A stretch of DNA of 64,000 nt from Chthonomonadales bacterium (lineage in GTDB: Bacteria > Armatimonadota > Chthonomonadetes > Chthonomonadales > CAJBBX01), in contig JAAYVH010000313.1 in the NCBI GenBank assembly GCA_012517255.1, positions 5,960 through 69,959 of the forward strand, given 5' to 3'. The position numbers and the translations under genes are program-made. Below, one piece after another: positions 59,580 to 64,000 of this stretch. Numbering within the stretch: position 1 is the first letter of the stretch; the number at the start of each line of letters is the position of its first letter. The notes beneath the pieces are model-generated. The model was given only the letters and a program-made list of their open reading frames with translations, was not told the DNA's origin and searched no databases.

Positions 59580-60830
59580 ATGGCGACGTTCAGCTACACA
59601 GTGCGCGATGCTGCCGGGCAGACACGCTCGGGAACATCTGAGGCCGAGAACGCCGAGATCCTGCGCCGCAGACTGCAGGAGCAGGGCTTCACGGTTGCCG
59701 AGATCACTCAGACCGCTGCAGGCAAGAAGAGAGCTGCCGGCGGAGGATGGGGGCGCGTCAAACTCGGCGACCTCTCGATCTTCTGTCGCCAGTTCTCCAC
59801 GATGATTGACGCAGGCGTCTCGCTCGTCCGGGCGCTGGACGTTCTGGGCGAGCAGACGCAGAACCCCAAACTGCGACGCATTCTGCTGGATATCCAGCAA
59901 GAGGTCGAATCCGGCCAGACGCTGTCGAAGGCCATGTCCAAGTATCCCAAGACCTTCAACAACCTGTTCATCGGTTTGATCCGGGCAGGCGAGGTCGGAG
60001 GCGTCCTCGAGGAAGCTCTCCAGAGGCTGTCGGGCTTCCTCGAGAAGGACATGGAGCTGCGGCGCAAGGTCAAAGCGGCCATGACCTACCCGGTCATCGT
60101 CGTTGTGGTTGCCGTCGGCATCGTGGTCGGTCTGACCACGTTCATCGTGCCGAAGTTCATCGAGCTGTTCCGCGACCTTGGCGTCAAAGAGCTGCCGTGG
60201 ATGACGCAGATCCTCGTGGACTTCAGCGACTTCCTGAAGAGCCGGTGGTGGATGGGGCTCATCATCATCGTTGTGACCTACATGGCCCTCAAGTACTTCG
60301 GCACGACGAGGGTAGGCCGCAGGGTGATTGACCGGGTCAAGCTCAAAGTGCCGGTGTTCGGCAAGCTGCATCACAAGATCGCGCTGGCCCGCTTCTCACG
60401 AACGCTGGGAACGCTGCTCGTCTCGGGCGTGCCGATCCTCCAGGCGCTGGAGACGGTGGCCGGCACGGTAGGCAACGGCATCATCGCCGAGGCGGTCATG
60501 CAGGCGCGCGCCCGCATCCGTGAGGGCGACCGGATCAACGATCCTCTCGAGAAGAGCCGGATGTTCCCGCCGATGGTCGTGCACATGATCTCCATCGGCG
60601 AGGAGTCTGGAGCTCTGGACTCGATGCTGGGCAAGATCGCCGAGTTCTATGAGCAGGAAGTCGAAGCGACGCTCCAGAGCCTCACGTCGGCCATCGAGCC
60701 GGTGCTGATCGTGATCCTGGGGTTCTGCGTGGGCTTCATCGTGATCGCCATGTTCATGCCGTTGATTCAGGTCATCCAGAACCTGACCTCGGGAGCAGGC
60801 GACTCCGACAGAGGTGCCGGGCTGGAGTGA
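59580..60830 (+). CDS. pilC: Type IV pilus platform protein PilC (GspF family)
   Basis: 'FCRQFSTMIDAGV', 'AGEVGG', 'AMTYP', 'GEESGALD', 'IEP', three TM helices. Confidence 0.94.
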   Translation: MATFSYTVRDAAGQTRSGTSEAENAEILRRRLQEQGFTVAEITQTAAGKKRAAGGGWGRVKLGDLSIFCRQFSTMIDAGVSLVRALDVLGEQTQNPKLRRILLDIQQEVESGQTLSKAMSKYPKTFNNLFIGLIRAGEVGGVLEEALQRLSGFLEKDMELRRKVKAAMTYPVIVVVVAVGIVVGLTTFIVPKFIELFRDLGVKELPWMTQILVDFSDFLKSRWWMGLIIIVVTYMALKYFGTTRVGRRVIDRVKLKVPVFGKLHHKIALARFSRTLGTLLVSGVPILQALETVAGTVGNGIIAEAVMQARARIREGDRINDPLEKSRMFPPMVVHMISIGEESGALDSMLGKIAEFYEQEVEATLQSLTSAIEPVLIVILGFCVGFIVIAMFMPLIQVIQNLTSGAGDSDRGAGLE

Positions 60831-60912
60831 CCAGCGCCTGGCAAGGGGTGTTCGACAGGGTTCGGCGCTCGGGTGACCGAGCGCCGAACGTCGTGCGTTA
60901 GGACGGAAGCGT

Positions 60913-61956
60913 ATGCCGGGACCGCAGGACGGCATCTGGCTGGTGATCGCCTTTGCCGTCGGAGCTGTAGTCGGCAGCTTCCTAAATGTCGTGATCTGGC
61001 GGGTGCCGCGGGGCGAATCCGTGGTCTCGCCGGGGTCGCATTGCCCGCACTGCAACAGGGCGCTCGTCTGGTGGGAGAACATCCCGCTGGTCAGCTTCCT
61101 TGCGTTGCGGGCGCGATGCAGGACGTGCCGCGGCAAGATACGCTGGCGCTATTTCTGGGTTGAGCTCGCCACGGCGGTCGTTTTCGTCGTGATCATCCGG
61201 CGCTTTGGGGCCACGGCGGACGGCATCGCATACAGCCTGTTCGCGGCGGCACTCATGGCCGCGCTGTTCATTGATCTTGAGCATTACATCATCCCGGATG
61301 GGGTGAACACGTTTGCGCTGGCGGTGGGCATCGGGCGCGACATCTGGGGTCTGGCTGCCGGCGAGCCCGGGCATGCTCTGGTGTTAGGTCTGCCTCGATC
61401 GGTGGTGGGCGCCGTCGTCTGCGCCGCAGTGTTCATCGCGATCCAGGCGATGGGGCTGGCGCTGTTTCGGAAGGATGCCATGGGAGACGGCGACGTCAAG
61501 CTGGCGCGGGCGATTGGAGCCATGTTGCCGCTCTCGCTGGCGCTGGTGTCGTTTCTGTTTGCCGTGGGTGTCGGTGCCGTGGTTGGCGGAGCCGTCGTCC
61601 TCGTGCGCGGGATGCGCGAGAGACGCTCCGAGGCGGCGCACGAGCAGGTCGAGGCCGATGACACGTTGCCCGCGGCGACGCCGTGGTCGCTCTTCGCCGT
61701 CAGCGCGGCGCTGTATGTGACGTTCGGCGATCTGCTCGTGGACGCTGCGGCGCGTCTTAAGGCAGGATGGGCCATTGCCTTCAACCGTTGGTGGAATGCC
61801 CAGCTTCCGCCGGAAGAAGACGAGGAGTTCGTGCCTGCTCCGACGCAGGTGCCGTTCGGACCGTTTATGGTTGTTGGTGCATTCATGGCGCTGTTTCTGG
61901 GACAGGCAGCGATGGACTGGTATCTGGCCTGGGCCGGTTTCGGGGCCGCGTTGTAA
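60913..61956 (+). CDS. pilD: Prepilin peptidase/N-methyltransferase PilD (A24)
   Basis: 'GSFLNVVIWRVP', 'SHCPHC...RCRTC', 'FIDL', 'MGDGDVKL', 'PFGPF'. Confidence 0.93.
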   Translation: MPGPQDGIWLVIAFAVGAVVGSFLNVVIWRVPRGESVVSPGSHCPHCNRALVWWENIPLVSFLALRARCRTCRGKIRWRYFWVELATAVVFVVIIRRFGATADGIAYSLFAAALMAALFIDLEHYIIPDGVNTFALAVGIGRDIWGLAAGEPGHALVLGLPRSVVGAVVCAAVFIAIQAMGLALFRKDAMGDGDVKLARAIGAMLPLSLALVSFLFAVGVGAVVGGAVVLVRGMRERRSEAAHEQVEADDTLPAATPWSLFAVSAALYVTFGDLLVDAAARLKAGWAIAFNRWWNAQLPPEEDEEFVPAPTQVPFGPFMVVGAFMALFLGQAAMDWYLAWAGFGAAL

Positions 61957-62123
61957 GCAGGTGCTGCTTGGGCGGCCGAAACTGGCCAACAGGCAGCGAT
62001 GGAACATAGGTCGGCTGCAGATCGTCGTACCGTGCAGCAGTGTCCGGGTCGGCGGATCGTGTGTCCGCCGGCCACCAGTGTGCACGCTCGGGAAAAGCCG
62101 GCGCGAGGAGTGGGTGAACAGCG

Positions 62124-63029
62124 ATGCAAAAACGTGAAGTCGGTTTCACGCTCATCGAGTTGCTGACCGTGATCGCCATCATTGCGGTGCTGGCCGCGAT
62201 ACTGTTCCCTCTGGCCGGCACGGTCAGGGAACAGGCCCGCGCATCGGACTGTATGACGAAGATGCACCAGCTTTACGTGGCGGCGCGCGTCTACAAGGAA
62301 GATGAAGGAGCCTTTCCGCCAGCCCTGTTCGGGTACGTCGAAACGCTCTCAACGGCGCCTGGCTGCACCAGCGACCCGGAGGTTCCCAGGGCGATACCCT
62401 ATGCGGGCGCAGGGTCGTATGTGGCTCCTGACAAGATCATCAGCGGCTTCCTTTACCGCGAGCAGGTGAAGTCGGCATCGGTGTTCCGCTGTCCCGATGC
62501 GCCGGCATCGAGCGCCAACGCCGTTACGGTTGCCCGCTATCCCAACACTCAACCCGGCGACCCGAATGCGCCCGGCTACTGGCCGGCATCCTGGATCGGA
62601 GCGATGCTGCAGGCCAATGGGTGTCCATCGGATGAGTATGGAACCGTGGATTGCCACTGGGAGGTCAACCCGGCGGATCCGTGCGTCGGACACCTGTATC
62701 TGCAGCCGAAGTACTTCTACGTGGCCGACGCGTATGACATCGGCCCGCGTATCGGTCCCGATGGCCGTGTGGTCACCGGCGCGAGCGGCGAGATCATCTA
62801 TGATCGGCACTACAGCACGGACTGGACCGGCGTCAAAGGACTCGACGACCTGCCCAACCAGTTGAAGTACGCCGATCCGCCCGCGGACACGACGCTCTTG
62901 ACGTACTGTACGTGGCACCAGGCCTCGTACAACACAGGCACGGCGATTGCGATTTCCCTGGCCGGCACCGCGCGCAAGATAGACATGAGGCGCATACAGC
63001 GGGATGGCCCGAATGTTTTTGCGCGCTGA
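62124..63029 (+). CDS. Prepilin-type (pilin/pseudopilin-like) protein
   Basis: 'KREVG|FTLIELLTVIAIIAVLAAILFP' class III signal with E5. Confidence 0.88.
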   Translation: MQKREVGFTLIELLTVIAIIAVLAAILFPLAGTVREQARASDCMTKMHQLYVAARVYKEDEGAFPPALFGYVETLSTAPGCTSDPEVPRAIPYAGAGSYVAPDKIISGFLYREQVKSASVFRCPDAPASSANAVTVARYPNTQPGDPNAPGYWPASWIGAMLQANGCPSDEYGTVDCHWEVNPADPCVGHLYLQPKYFYVADAYDIGPRIGPDGRVVTGASGEIIYDRHYSTDWTGVKGLDDLPNQLKYADPPADTTLLTYCTWHQASYNTGTAIAISLAGTARKIDMRRIQRDGPNVFAR

Positions 63030-63075
63030 TGTGCGAGGTCCGCTGATTGCGGCGGACCGACGAGGGGGTTGGCAA

Positions 63076-64000
63076 GTGGGAGCAAGAGAACGAGGCATCT
63101 CGCTGATCGAGGTACTGGTCGTGATGGTCATCCTCACGATCGGCATCTTCTCGGTCGTGCGTCTGTTCCCGGCTGGGTTCTACGTCAACAAACAGACTGA
63201 GGCGCGCACGCTGGCTTCGCGGCTCGCGGCCCAGGAGACCAACCGCTACACGCAGACCGCCGGCAACCTGATGGACGCGATCCTGCCAACCGTTATCGTC
63301 GCGGACTCCAACTCGCCGACCGGCTACTACATCCGTGTGGACCTCGACACGACCCCGGACGACCTGTCGGAGCCCAGAACGGTGGCCGCAGGCCTGGATC
63401 CCTACTACGTTTCGGGCATCAACCGGATCCGGTGGATACGCGGCGAGACCGTGCCCATACCGAACCCTTCGCCCATCGGCGGCGGACTCCGCGGCTCGAT
63501 TCACGTCCTCAGCTCGGGACCGGCCTACGACTATCCGGGATTGGATGCCGACAATGTGCCCGTGGACAGCATCGTGATCAGCGGCTCGCCCATGATCCGG
63601 CGCGTCCAGCAGGCCGAGGATCCGACGTCGCCCTACCTGAGAAGTCCCGCCGAGTATGCGATTGACTACGACTCCGGGATGATCGCGTTCTATCCGGCTC
63701 CGTATGACCGGATGTTCAAGATCAGCTACAGTTACTATGGGCCGGGCGGTGACATCATCTCGATCGCCGCCCAGCAGCTCGGCGTGCCGGCTGGCGCCTT
63801 CCCCGTTTGGCAGAACGTGTATGCCCCGGGAGGACGCGACATCGTGCCCGGCAGCGACACAGTCTCGCGGCAGTTCCGCCGCATCGCCTTCCCGCCCAGC
63901 TTCTCAGCCGATCCGTATGAATATGCGCTCATGCCCAAGACGGCCAATGTGGCCGACTTCGCGAGCATCGGCGTGATCGTTTTCAATCCGCTGGGCGCAG
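63076..64000 (+). CDS. Large prepilin-type protein (3'-partial, absent from the ORF track)
   Basis: GAGGGG RBS, GTG start, 'RERG|ISLIEVLVVMVILTIGIFSVV'; the frame stays open to the window end. Confidence 0.85.
   Translation, partial: MGARERGISLIEVLVVMVILTIGIFSVVRLFPAGFYVNKQTEARTLASRLAAQETNRYTQTAGNLMDAILPTVIVADSNSPTGYYIRVDLDTTPDDLSEPRTVAAGLDPYYVSGINRIRWIRGETVPIPNPSPIGGGLRGSIHVLSSGPAYDYPGLDADNVPVDSIVISGSPMIRRVQQAEDPTSPYLRSPAEYAIDYDSGMIAFYPAPYDRMFKISYSYYGPGGDIISIAAQQLGVPAGAFPVWQNVYAPGGRDIVPGSDTVSRQFRRIAFPPSFSADPYEYALMPKTANVADFASIGVIVFNPLGA

Noticed and set aside
51169..60374. Long antisense ORFs (51169-53205, 56344-58341, 58281-60374; likewise 5287-6936, 19686-21335, 31583-33472, 38395-40233)
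   Set aside because: Shadow frames of well-supported genes in GC-rich DNA, with no motifs of their own.

Overview
GC-rich bacterial chromosomal segment, most consistent with Armatimonadota or a similar lineage (inferred from the DUF1559/H-X9-DG prepilin-like protein, many secreted glycan enzymes and Tat substrates). About 49 protein-coding genes are supportable. In order: carbohydrate and hydrolase genes; a Ni/Co ECF transporter with fused S and T components; a REP-like 180-bp tandem array; glnA with a terminator-containing leader; a 1.7-kb integrase-less three-gene cassette sitting inside the 5' end of glnB and flanked by a 76-bp direct repeat; an 8-gene redox operon (two PQQ-like propellers, NHL lipoprotein, Tat ferredoxins, membrane polyferredoxin, NuoE-NuoF/HydCB fusion, GltD-like flavoprotein lacking its NAD(P) domain); phoX, sulfatase and other hydrolases; uvrC, uvrB, ruvX, mltG, yqeG, aroE; and a type IV pilus operon (pilB-pilT-pilC-pilD plus pilin-like genes) running off the end. 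No rRNA, tRNA, CRISPR array, integrase or transposase was recognised. The best candidates for undescribed systems are the glnB-embedded cassette (possible toxin-antitoxin-chaperone-like defence module), the redox operon with no recognisable catalytic subunit, and the glnA leader RNA. All family calls come from motif recognition by eye; no database searches were run.
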